This document shows, piece by piece, positions 35,324 through 43,774 of a stretch of 53,484 nt of DNA. The DNA is from Acidobacteriota bacterium (lineage in GTDB: Bacteria > Acidobacteriota > Aminicenantia > UBA2199). How positions within the stretch are numbered: the stretch's first letter is position 1; each line of letters starts with the position of its first letter. The stretch lies in NCBI GenBank assembly GCA_025456175.1, contig JALOLC010000008.1:1-53484 (forward strand), in the 5' to 3' direction. The position numbers and the translations under genes are program-made. The notes under the pieces were generated by a model. It saw only the letters and a program-made list of their open reading frames with translations, was not told where the DNA came from and ran no database searches.

Positions 35324-35452
35324 GGGGAGTTCTTTGACAGGGATGACTGAGTCATGCAGAACGGTTGAGAGCCCGGCTCGATGAACCCGTGCCAACCTTC
35401 CCGGCGCCCCGCCGGGAAAGGTGGAAACGCCTTTCACCAGGGAGGTGAAGCC
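35324..35452 (+). promoter_or_regulatory. structured 5' leader, unclassified
   Basis: 13-nt palindrome ATGACTGAGTCAT (35343-35355). 9-bp GC hairpin at 35398-35418. 7-bp bulged hairpin at 35420-35438, abutting the SD GGGAGG. Confidence 0.4.
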
Positions 35453-35698
35453 ATGACGGAAGTTACCTTTTTTGAAGATTTTCATTGCTTTGAATATCAC
35501 ACGCCGCAAGGTGCCGCGCAGCGCTTCCGCTATTACCTCTATTCCCCGGTATACGAGCGCATCCCGTTTTTCATCACGATATTAACGCAGGGGGAGTTCG
35601 CTCAGGAAAAAGTGACCTACTCCAGCGATTTTATCCCTTGTAGACTGGCTCGCCACTTGCAGGGCTTGAAGCGAACTGAAGTGACAAGTGAGGAGTGA
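35453..35698 (+). CDS. small hypothetical protein (81 aa), atypical composition
   Basis: GGGAGGTGA RBS lies 4 nt before the ATG. AT-rich third positions, unlike the neighbours. No homology recognised. Confidence 0.4.
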   Translation: MTEVTFFEDFHCFEYHTPQGAAQRFRYYLYSPVYERIPFFITILTQGEFAQEKVTYSSDFIPCRLARHLQGLKRTEVTSEE

Positions 35699-35774
35699 CA
35701 AGTGACAAGAAAGAAAAGGAAAACGGGTGAACGATTGATTTGATGCTGTTCCTCGTCACTGGTTACTTGTCACT
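35680..35774. repeat. GTGACAA-heptamer hairpin element, copy 2
   Basis: GTGACAA GTGAGGA GTGACAA GTGACAA faces GTTCCTCGTCACTGGTTACTTGTCACT. A 10-bp and a 9-bp helix flank a 4x4 internal loop. Confidence 0.8.
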
Positions 35775-37962
35775 ATTCTTGATCCAGAACTTTCCTGATC
35801 ACCTGCAGCATCTCCGGCATGGTGTAGGGCTTGGCCACGAACTCGCGGACGCCGCTGGCCAGGATGGATTCCTTCAGCGCCGCCTCGACGAAGCCCGATA
35901 TCAGGATGATCCTGGTGCCGGGATTGTCGCTGAGGATCGAGCGGCTGACGGCGGCGCCGTTGATCTTGGGCAGATCCATGTCGGTGATGACCAGTTGGAT
36001 GTCGCCGCGATGGCGGCGGTAGCGCTCCAGGGCCTCCAGGCCGTCACGGGCCACCAGGATGTGATAACCATAGTCATGCAGCACCGAGCAAAACAGTTCG
36101 CGGAGGTCTTCCTCGTCCTCGATCACCAGGATGGTCTCGCTGCCGCCGGTAACGGGCGGGGCTTCCTGGCCGCCCTGGGGCGCCAGCAGGTCCTGGCGCT
36201 CCGATGCCGGGAAAAAAAGGGAGAATGAGGAGCCCTTGCCGAGCTGGCTGTCGACCTCGATGAAGCCCTTGTGCGCCTGGACGACCCCGTAGACGACGGC
36301 CAGCCCCAGCCCCGTGCCCCGGCCCCGCCCCTTGGTGGAGAAAAAGGGCTCGAAGATGCGGTCACGGGTCTTCTCATCCATGCCCACCCCGGTGTCGCTG
36401 ACAAAAATGCGGACCAGGCGCTTGCCCGCTGCGGCGGGGAAGCGCGAAGCGATGGCGCTGCCGTCAATCAGGTCAGCGCCGATCTCCAGCCTGCCGGTGC
36501 CGGCCATGGCGTCACGGGCATTGATGCACAGGTTGAGCAGGGCCTGGTGCAGTTGGCTCGGGTCCATCCAGACCGGGGGCAGCTCGCTCGGGCAGGAAAA
36601 GCGGATATCCATGGTGCGGGGAAAGGTGACGCGCAGCATCTTGACCAGTTCGCTGACCATCTCCTGGAGACGCAGGGCGCGGAAATCGGCCTCGGATTTG
36701 CTGGCAAAGGTCAGGATCTGCCTGACCATGGCGCTGCCGCGTTCGGCGGCCTCGTGGATCGTATGCAGCGCGCTTTGCGCCGTGGGCTGGCCCTGCAGCT
36801 TGTCCGCCAGGAGCGCGGCGTGGCCGCTGATGATCGAGATGATGTTGTTGAAATCGTGGGCGATGCCGCCGGCCAGCGTGCCCAGGCTTTCCAGCTTCTG
36901 GTTCTGGCGGATCTCGGCTTCGAGGATGCGGTGCTCCTCCTCACTGCGCTGACGCTCGGAGATGTCGAGGCAGGTCAGCACCCGCACCTCGCGTCCGCGG
37001 TAGGGGATGGTCTTGCTCCGGCTTTCGACCGGTATGATCCTGCCGTCCCGCCCCTTGACCCGGTGCTCAAAGGAAGCGGTCGAATCGGATTGGGCGAGGA
37101 TGATGGCGGCGGATTCCGCTTCCATGAACTCGCTGAGCGGGCGGCCGATGAGCTCGCGGGCCTCGCAGCCGAGCATGCGGGCCAGGATGGAATTGGCGTC
37201 GATGATGACGCCGTTTTCGCTCAGGCACAGCCCTTCGATGGTCGACTCGGCCAGGAGGCGGAAACGCGTCTCGCTCTCGCGCAGCGCCGCTTCGGTCTGC
37301 AGCCGCTCGTCTACCTCGCGCTGCAGCATTTCGTTGCTGGCGCGCAGTTCCCGCTCGTTCCGCCTGGCCAGGGCGATATGGTGCATGAGATCGCTGGCCA
37401 AGAGGCGCACCGGGACGGCGGCCAGCAAAAAGAAAGCCGTGATCGTGAGCAGAGCGAAGATGCTCGTGTCCAAGGGCCTCGACCAGTGGATCCAGCCGTT
37501 GATCTCCAACAGGATGATGGCCACGGCCGAGAGCCAGGACAGCACGACGATGGCCAGGAATTCCTTCGGCCGCAGCAGCAGGCCGCCGCCGGCAATGATC
37601 ACCGGATAGAGCAATGCTCCCAGGTCGTGGATGCCGCCGCCGATGTAGAGCACGATGGAAATGAGGAAGAGCGCGAACAGGAAGGTCAGGAAAATGGCCA
37701 GGCGGACGCGGCCCCGGCGCAGGGGGATCTGCAGCAGCAGGAACACGGCGGCGCCGGCGGCGATCACCGCCGGTTTCCCCGGCTCCCTGGCCGCGAGGGC
37801 GGCGATGGCCGTCAGCCCGATGGCGATGAATCCGAACCAGAGGATCGTGCTCAAGACCTTGGCGAGCCGATCGTTCTCCTCGTCGCCGCAGCGGGGCGGG
37901 GCAAGTACGCCGCCCAGCCATTTCGCCATGCCGGATGCCGGTTTTTCCCTTGTTGTGCCCAT
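35773..37962 (-). CDS. hybrid sensor histidine kinase (TM region, PAS, HisKA, HATPase, C-terminal receiver)
   Basis: H-box IAHDFNN, G-box GTGLGLAVV, receiver ILVIEDEEDL...DMDLPKINGA. About 6 N-terminal TM segments. Confidence 0.85.
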   Translation of the reverse strand: MGTTREKPASGMAKWLGGVLAPPRCGDEENDRLAKVLSTILWFGFIAIGLTAIAALAAREPGKPAVIAAGAAVFLLLQIPLRRGRVRLAIFLTFLFALFLISIVLYIGGGIHDLGALLYPVIIAGGGLLLRPKEFLAIVVLSWLSAVAIILLEINGWIHWSRPLDTSIFALLTITAFFLLAAVPVRLLASDLMHHIALARRNERELRASNEMLQREVDERLQTEAALRESETRFRLLAESTIEGLCLSENGVIIDANSILARMLGCEARELIGRPLSEFMEAESAAIILAQSDSTASFEHRVKGRDGRIIPVESRSKTIPYRGREVRVLTCLDISERQRSEEEHRILEAEIRQNQKLESLGTLAGGIAHDFNNIISIISGHAALLADKLQGQPTAQSALHTIHEAAERGSAMVRQILTFASKSEADFRALRLQEMVSELVKMLRVTFPRTMDIRFSCPSELPPVWMDPSQLHQALLNLCINARDAMAGTGRLEIGADLIDGSAIASRFPAAAGKRLVRIFVSDTGVGMDEKTRDRIFEPFFSTKGRGRGTGLGLAVVYGVVQAHKGFIEVDSQLGKGSSFSLFFPASERQDLLAPQGGQEAPPVTGGSETILVIEDEEDLRELFCSVLHDYGYHILVARDGLEALERYRRHRGDIQLVITDMDLPKINGAAVSRSILSDNPGTRIILISGFVEAALKESILASGVREFVAKPYTMPEMLQVIRKVLDQE

Positions 37963-37995
37963 GTGGGTCGCCTCTGAACATTCAGTGGCCCACCC

Positions 37996-38024
37996 ATTCT
38001 AGAAGCCCGGGAAAGGATTGTCAA
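37996..38024 (-). promoter_or_regulatory. sigma70-type promoter of histidine kinase gene
   Basis: Minus strand reads TTGACA (38024-38019), a 17-nt spacer, then TAGAAT (38001-37996). Confidence 0.6.
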
Positions 38025-38234
38025 CTCGGTCCAAAACGCGGGATGGCGATCAGCGAATCATGGATCTGGCAGCCGGTCGTTTTAAATGGATTGTAACGTC
38101 GGATAGGACAACGCAGCGCAGGATCAATCTTGCCAGGTTGCTCCTAGGCCCCTTTTTTCAATTTGTCTCCGTCCAATCACTTCCGAAGAGCTTCATATGG
38201 AGGAGCCCAGGAGCATATCTCGCCTGGCGCTGAT

Positions 38235-38263
38235 TTGCATTTCGCCTGCATTGTCATTATCAT
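38235..38263 (+). promoter_or_regulatory. sigma70-type promoter of small lipoprotein gene
   Basis: TTGCAT (38235-38240), a 17-nt spacer, then TATCAT (38258-38263). GGAGG RBS lies before ATG 38303. Confidence 0.5.
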
Positions 38264-38302
38264 GGCGATCAGGATACGGCTCAATGCCATCCGGAGGCGG
38301 AA

Positions 38303-38590
38303 ATGAAAAAGTTCATCGTGTTGTTTTTCATTGTCGTTCTGCTGTTTTCGTGCGCTCCCGGGCCGAACCGGCTGGCGAAGACGGCCAATCCCGAGGGGAA
38401 AGTAGCCGGCTTCTGGCAGGGTTTGTGGCACGGCCTGATCGCCCCCATCACGTTCATCGTATCCCTTTTCAGCAGCAAGGTCGCTCTCTATGAAGTGCAC
38501 AACAACGGCGGCTGGTACAATTTCGGTTTCGTGCTGGGCGCCGGGTTGTTCCTCAGCGGCGGCATCCTGGGCCGCAAGAAAAAGAAGTGA
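38303..38590 (+). CDS. small membrane lipoprotein, hypothetical
   Basis: Lipobox LLFSC after the signal peptide, two further hydrophobic segments, and a KKKK tail. Confidence 0.6.
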   Translation: MKKFIVLFFIVVLLFSCAPGPNRLAKTANPEGKVAGFWQGLWHGLIAPITFIVSLFSSKVALYEVHNNGGWYNFGFVLGAGLFLSGGILGRKKKK

Positions 38591-38705
38591 CGAGTGACAA
38601 GTGACGGGGTTTGAACGAACCTTCGTGACGCGTGACAAGGAAGAAAAACGTCTTTATTTCGATCGATGGGTATTTCTCGTCACTCGTTGCTTGTCACTTG
38701 TCACT
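38586..38705. repeat. GTGACAA-heptamer hairpin element, copy 3
   Basis: 38586-38608 pairs with 38683-38705 (19 WC plus 4 G.U over 23 positions). The loop carries an extra CGTGACG CGTGACA AGGAAGAAAAA arm. Confidence 0.8.
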
Positions 38706-38748
38706 GAGATCAGAGATCTTCTTGCAATGAAGTAGAATAAGCGGCGTT

Positions 38749-40212
38749 CTATTTCCTGACCGGGAGCAGCGCCCGCAGTCGCCCCAGGTCCTCCTTCTTC
38801 ACGACGCGCAGGACGAAGAGCAGCGCGACGAATCCTCCCAGCAGGGCGAAGCGGTGCCACGTCTCCAGGCCGACCCGATAATAGAGGAAATAATAGGACA
38901 GGCCGGTGACGGCAACGACGCCCAGGATCTTCGCCAGTTTTCCGTATTCATAGGGGATGGGATAGAATTTCCGCGCAACAAAGTGAAGGCCGGCGGCCAT
39001 GACCAGGTAGCTGGCCAGTACGGCCAGCGCAGCGCCGCTGATGCCCAGGCGCGGGATGAGCAGCAGGTTGGCCAGGACGTTGACCAGGGCCCCGGCGCCG
39101 GTGATCAGCGGGAAATACTTGGTTTTTTCTGCGATATAGAACCCGGCCTGCAGGTTGACGTAGATGCCGTTGAAGAGATAGGCCAGAAGGATGATCGGCA
39201 CCACGACCAATCCGGGGAGGAATTGCCCGGCGATGAGCGAGCGGCCGGGGGCGAACTCCCAGCCGGCGGCAAGGTCGATGAACAGGGAAACGACCAGCCA
39301 CAGCAGGCTCGCTGCCAGGACGAAGAGGGTCATCACCCTGGCGAACATCTCCCGCGCGTTCTTCTCACGGGCATTGTTCAGGAAGAACGGCTGCCAGGCG
39401 TACTGGAACATGGAGACCACCAGCATCATGAAGATGCCGAGCTTGTGGCCGGTCTGGTAGAGCCCAAGCGTATCGGCATCGGTCAGGGCCAGGACGATGG
39501 GACGGTCGATGACCTGGATCATGATCGAAGCCAGGCTGGCGGGGAGGTAGGGGAGGCCGAAGCGCAGCATCCGCCGCAGGAGGGGCCCCTGGATCCTGCG
39601 GCCGAGCCGGGCCCAGGTCTCAGGCAGCAGGGCCAGGAAGGTCGCGGCCGAGGCGATGAGGTTGGCGGCGAAGATGGCCTCGATGCCCATGCGGAACTTG
39701 ACGAAAAAGAGGAGGTTGAGCCCCAGGTTGAGCAGGATGTTGCCCAGCTTGATGAAGGCGAATTTTTTCGCCTTGCGCTCCAGGCGCAGGTTGGCGAAGG
39801 GAATCAGGGCCAGGGTGTCGAAGAGCAGGATGAAGATGGTGTAGTAGACCAAGCGGGCGTATCCGGCGGGGACCTCCATCAGGCCCACGAAGGGATGGCG
39901 CAGCAGCAAGAGCGCCGCGCTCAGAATCAGGGTACTCATGACGACGGCGAGATAGGCGGTGGAAAACGTGATCTTCTTTTCCCCGGGCTCGGCCAGGGAG
40001 CTGTATTTCATGAAGGCGGCGTCCATGCCGTAGATATACACGATATTCAGGAACGCCAGGTAGGCGTAAACGTTGGTATAGATGCCCATGTCCCCGGGCG
40101 AGATGAAATGCGTATAGAAGGGGACGAGCAGGAAGCCGAGAAAGCGGCCGATGATGGTGGAAATGCCGTAGATCGCCGTGTCCCTGCCCAGTTCCTTTAT
40201 CTTTTCAATCAT
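38749..40212 (-). CDS. polysaccharide/oligosaccharide flippase, MOP superfamily (Wzx-like)
   Basis: About 14 TM segments. N-terminus MIEKIKELGRDTAIYGISTIIGRFLGFLLVPFYT is typical of Wzx/PST family proteins. Confidence 0.7.
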   Translation of the reverse strand: MIEKIKELGRDTAIYGISTIIGRFLGFLLVPFYTHFISPGDMGIYTNVYAYLAFLNIVYIYGMDAAFMKYSSLAEPGEKKITFSTAYLAVVMSTLILSAALLLLRHPFVGLMEVPAGYARLVYYTIFILLFDTLALIPFANLRLERKAKKFAFIKLGNILLNLGLNLLFFVKFRMGIEAIFAANLIASAATFLALLPETWARLGRRIQGPLLRRMLRFGLPYLPASLASIMIQVIDRPIVLALTDADTLGLYQTGHKLGIFMMLVVSMFQYAWQPFFLNNAREKNAREMFARVMTLFVLAASLLWLVVSLFIDLAAGWEFAPGRSLIAGQFLPGLVVVPIILLAYLFNGIYVNLQAGFYIAEKTKYFPLITGAGALVNVLANLLLIPRLGISGAALAVLASYLVMAAGLHFVARKFYPIPYEYGKLAKILGVVAVTGLSYYFLYYRVGLETWHRFALLGGFVALLFVLRVVKKEDLGRLRALLPVRK

Positions 40213-41366
40213 TAGAAAATGTCTCCTTGCCAGAGCCTGGCGCAGAATTGCTGCCAGGGAATAATTTGAATTCCGTTTTGGAGTTTCCTGGGGAAAGGAT
40301 CCCGCGAAACAATGAAATACTGGCGGCATTTTTCTTCCTGGCTGAACAGATGCAGCCCTTTGGTCCGCTCTCCCGCGTGATCGGATGATTTGATTTCGAT
40401 TGCCGCCTCTCCATCGCCAATGAGCAGGTCGACTTCAGCGCCGTTGGTTGTCCGCCAGAATGACAGTTCCAGATTTTTTTGGCTGTAATGGTTGTAAGCC
40501 CAGCACTCCTGCAGGATGAAATGCTCAAAAGCCCGGCCGTATTCATTCGTGCCCGGAGTGAGCGAACGGTAATTCAAGAGGCCGCTGACAATGCCGACAT
40601 CGAAAAAATAAAACTTGGCCGTATCGATCAGTCGCCGTTTTTTTGATTGTTTCCAGGGGAGTAGCCGTTTGCCCAGCAAAGTGTCTTCAAGGATCTGATA
40701 ATATTCACGGATAATCTTAGCCGAAACACCCGCTTCACGGGCGGCGTTGGAATAGTTCAGCAGCATACCGTTGGTCAAGGCCGCGGATTTAAGGAAAAGG
40801 CTGAAAGCGGGGAGATTGCGGGTCAGCGCTTCAGCCTGGATTTCCTCTTTCAGATAATCGTTGATGTATGCTTGCAGGTCCATGTGGAAATCGGAAGATA
40901 AATAATGGGCAGGAACGAGACCTGAACATAACGCTTTGTCCAAGTCCAATTGGCTGCCGATTTCCTTGCTTACTAATGGGAATAACTCATAGCGCCAGGC
41001 GCGGCCTCCCAAAAGACCGGTGTTGCCGCGTTTCAGTTTACGGGCACTCGAACCTGAAAGTATAAATTGATAGTGTTTATTTTCGATAAGCCAGTGGATT
41101 TCGTCCATCAGCTGCGGAATCTTTTGCACCTCGTCAATAACGATTGTTTTTCGTGTTTGGGCGGCGATCATTTGCCGAAGTTCCTTGGGGTTTTGGCTCA
41201 GACGCAAAAAAAGATCGAAGTCGAGTAGGTCAATCCAAAAAGCGTTGGCGAATTGTTGGCGTAGAAGTGTGGTTTTGCCGGTTTTGCGCGCTCCCCACAA
41301 AAAGGCGGACTGTCCCGCCGGCAGTTTGATGTTTAAAAATCTGGGCAGGATTTTTTTATTATTCAT
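40212..41366 (-). CDS. AAA family ATPase (AAA_14 / DUF4143 type)
   Basis: Walker A GARKTGKTT, Walker B TIVIDEVQ. Its stop overlaps the flippase start (TAATG). Low GC. Confidence 0.7.
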   Translation of the reverse strand: MNNKKILPRFLNIKLPAGQSAFLWGARKTGKTTLLRQQFANAFWIDLLDFDLFLRLSQNPKELRQMIAAQTRKTIVIDEVQKIPQLMDEIHWLIENKHYQFILSGSSARKLKRGNTGLLGGRAWRYELFPLVSKEIGSQLDLDKALCSGLVPAHYLSSDFHMDLQAYINDYLKEEIQAEALTRNLPAFSLFLKSAALTNGMLLNYSNAAREAGVSAKIIREYYQILEDTLLGKRLLPWKQSKKRRLIDTAKFYFFDVGIVSGLLNYRSLTPGTNEYGRAFEHFILQECWAYNHYSQKNLELSFWRTTNGAEVDLLIGDGEAAIEIKSSDHAGERTKGLHLFSQEEKCRQYFIVSRDPFPRKLQNGIQIIPWQQFCARLWQGDIF

Positions 41367-41372
41367 ACACCA

Positions 41373-41401
41373 ATGATATGATAATCTGCCCGGCAAGTCA
41401 A
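41373..41401 (-). promoter_or_regulatory. sigma70-type promoter, leaderless layout (AAA ATPase)
   Basis: Minus strand reads TTGACT (41401-41396), a 17-nt spacer, TATCAT (41378-41373), then 6 nt to ATG 41366. Confidence 0.55.
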
Positions 41402-41451
41402 ATTATCTGCGATAATCCGCCCATCAAGACAAATTATCCGCGATATGCCGG
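41380..41451. repeat. 2.3 tandem copies of a 31-bp unit rich in GATAAT/ATTATC hexamers
   Basis: Unit 1 is GATAATCTGCCCGGCAAGTCAAATTATCTGC (41380-41410). Unit 2 is GATAATCCGCCCATCAAGACAAATTATCCGC (41411-41441), 26/31 identical. A partial third unit follows. Confidence 0.75.
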
Positions 41452-41566
41452 CTTTCATTATTTGTTTTGTTTTTTGCATACCTCTTTTTTGTATTTGAGT
41501 TGTCCTTATTTTTTGGTTTTATGCGATCAGGTAGGGCCGCGGTTGTCGCGCCTCATATGCTGTCTT

Positions 41567-41595
41567 TTGACATCTATGCAGAAATCGGTTATAAA
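41567..41595 (+). promoter_or_regulatory. sigma70-type promoter of glnN
   Basis: TTGACA (41567-41572), a 17-nt spacer, then TATAAA (41590-41595). The leader opens with a 7-bp hairpin GATTTCG/CGAAATC. Confidence 0.6.
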
Positions 41596-41673
41596 ACGAT
41601 TTCGACTCGCCGAAATCCTAGAAGATTGTCGTGGGGAAAACCGCAGAAATTTAATTGGGATAGGGAAGGAAAA

Positions 41674-43761
41674 ATGAACGAAAAGTTTGCCAGCCATGTG
41701 TTTGGCCTGGAGAAACTGCAACAGACCCTGCCGCCGCAGATTTTCAAAAAGTTCAACCGTACGGTCGACCAGAAAAAAACTCTCGATGCCGACGTGGCGG
41801 AAGCGGTGGCCCATGCGATCAAAAAGTGGGCCGAGCATCTGGGTGTCACCCATTTTACGCATTGGTTCATGCCGTTGACCGGATTGACCGCCGGCAAGCA
41901 GAATACCTTCCTGGAATGGGAGGGTAACCGCAAGATCATTTCCTGTTTTTCCGGGCGCGACCTGATCAAGGGGGAGCCGGATGCTTCGTCATTCCCGCAC
42001 GGCGGTATGCGCTCGACCTTTGAGGCCCGCGGCTACACGGCCTGGGATCCCTGTTCTCCGGTCTTCGCGGTCAAAAGCCGCAAGAATTGCGTCCTCTTCA
42101 TCCCCTCGGTCTTTTATGGTTACAATGGTTGTGTTTTGGATAAAAAAACACCGCTGCTGCGTTCGTTGCGGTTGATCAATGATATTTCGCTTACTATACT
42201 CACCAAGTTCAACCTGCGGGCCCAATGGGTGAAAAACATGGTCGGCGCCGAGCAGGAGTTTTTTCTGATCTATGAAAAGGACTACCAGCAACGTCCCGAC
42301 CTGAAAACCGTCGGCCGGCTGATTTTCGGCGCCCGACCCCCAAGGGGGCAGCAGATGGGCGACCATTATTTTGGCGCCATTCCCGAAGCGGTGCTGCACT
42401 TCCTCGAGGATGTGGAGGAAGAGGCTTTGAACCTGGGCATTCCGGTTAAAACCCGCCATAACGAGGTGGCTCCCAACCAATTTGAAATTGCTCCACTTTA
42501 CGAGGAAGCCAACATCGCCGCCGATCATAACCAGTTGTTAATGGACCTGTTGATTCGTATCGCCCGTAATCATGGCATGGTCTGTTTGTTGCATGAGAAG
42601 CCCTTTGCTTTTTTTAATGGCAGCGGCAAACACATTAACTGGTCGTTAATGGATAGTCAGGGACGGAACTTGTTCACTCCTGGCGATAATAAAAACTCAC
42701 GGCTGGTATTTTTGAGTTTTTTAGCCGGGTTTATCTGCGGTATGAACCGCTATCATGATCTGTTGCAGGCGGTGCTGGCTTCCCCAGGAAACGAGCTGCG
42801 TTTGGGTGGCCATGAAGCGCCCCCGGCCATCATTTCTATCTTTTTGGGCGATGAATTGCAAGGAGTGATCGATGATCCCCAGGCCTTCATTACCGGTAGA
42901 TTTCGTAAATCGAAAATGGTACGCTTCGAAGAATTCGTGCCGGCGATTCTCCATGATCTCTCTGACCGCAACCGTACTTCACCCGTGGCATTTACCGGCA
43001 ACAAGTTCGAGTTTCGGATGCCCGGATCATCGGCTTCAATGGCTTTTCCGATCTCTGTGATCAATCTGCTTGTAGCCGCCGGTTTGACGGAAGTATACAA
43101 GGCCATAGAGAAGACTCGGGACGAAAAGGCGTTGGTTCATAAACTGCAGCATATCATCAGGGAAAACTCGGGTATAATTTTTGCCGGAGATAACTATAAC
43201 TCAGATTGGCATAGGGAAGCCCGCCGGCGGGGGTTGTTCATTCCGGTTTCGGTACCTGAGACGGTTGACCGTTTGCAGGAAGAAAAAAACATACGTTTGT
43301 TCGAAACATTCGACATACTTTCACGGGAAGAGATCAAGGCTAGAGCCGATATCAAGATCGAAATCTATGTCAAAACCGTGGAAATGGAATTGCGTGTCGC
43401 CCGTAATCTTTTGCGTGTCTATATTATTCCGGCGGCGCTTAAGAACCAAGCTATGCTTCTCGAAGCGATCCGCAAGTTTCCCCGGGAAATTCTGGCCAAG
43501 AAGCCGGCCATGCTAAAAAAGCAGCTTGCTTTCATCGCCAAATTCACTGAAAAGATCAACCGGTCAATGGAAATGGTATCTTTGCTGGATGAGGATAATG
43601 ACAAACTGAAAGAAGGAGATGATCGCACGCGAGCTCAATTTTGCACCAAGTTCATCCGGCCGCATTTGGCAGATGCGGCTATCCTGGTGGAGAAGATCGA
43701 AGAACGGGTGGACCGTGATTTCTGGAAGCTGCCGCGGGTGACCGACATCCTGTTCAGATAA
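41674..43761 (+). CDS. glnN: glutamine synthetase type III
   Basis: 695 aa with KTRHNEVAPNQFEIAP, NGSGKHINWS and LGGHEAPPAIIS motifs. GGAAGGA RBS. Low GC. Confidence 0.85.
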   Translation: MNEKFASHVFGLEKLQQTLPPQIFKKFNRTVDQKKTLDADVAEAVAHAIKKWAEHLGVTHFTHWFMPLTGLTAGKQNTFLEWEGNRKIISCFSGRDLIKGEPDASSFPHGGMRSTFEARGYTAWDPCSPVFAVKSRKNCVLFIPSVFYGYNGCVLDKKTPLLRSLRLINDISLTILTKFNLRAQWVKNMVGAEQEFFLIYEKDYQQRPDLKTVGRLIFGARPPRGQQMGDHYFGAIPEAVLHFLEDVEEEALNLGIPVKTRHNEVAPNQFEIAPLYEEANIAADHNQLLMDLLIRIARNHGMVCLLHEKPFAFFNGSGKHINWSLMDSQGRNLFTPGDNKNSRLVFLSFLAGFICGMNRYHDLLQAVLASPGNELRLGGHEAPPAIISIFLGDELQGVIDDPQAFITGRFRKSKMVRFEEFVPAILHDLSDRNRTSPVAFTGNKFEFRMPGSSASMAFPISVINLLVAAGLTEVYKAIEKTRDEKALVHKLQHIIRENSGIIFAGDNYNSDWHREARRRGLFIPVSVPETVDRLQEEKNIRLFETFDILSREEIKARADIKIEIYVKTVEMELRVARNLLRVYIIPAALKNQAMLLEAIRKFPREILAKKPAMLKKQLAFIAKFTEKINRSMEMVSLLDEDNDKLKEGDDRTRAQFCTKFIRPHLADAAILVEKIEERVDRDFWKLPRVTDILFR

Positions 43762-43774
43762 TAGCGAACGATAC

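Noticed and set aside
35324-35452. A SAM-I or fluoride (crcB) riboswitch in the leader.
   Set aside because: Only partial core-like strings match. No enclosing P1 helix, K-turn or pseudoknot partner was found, and the downstream gene is not a Met/SAM or fluoride-related gene. It is kept only as an unclassified structured leader.
38018-38233. A 71-aa ORF in the 340-nt gap between the histidine kinase and lipoprotein genes.
   Set aside because: It has no RBS and no codon bias, and it spans both divergent promoters. The region is better explained as regulatory DNA. About 200 nt of the gap remains unexplained.
26856-38705. GTGACAA elements as MITEs or transposon remnants.
   Set aside because: I see no transposase, no target-site duplications, and the loops are unrelated between copies. 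Mobility cannot be excluded without genome-wide data, so the elements are reported as repeats of unknown origin.
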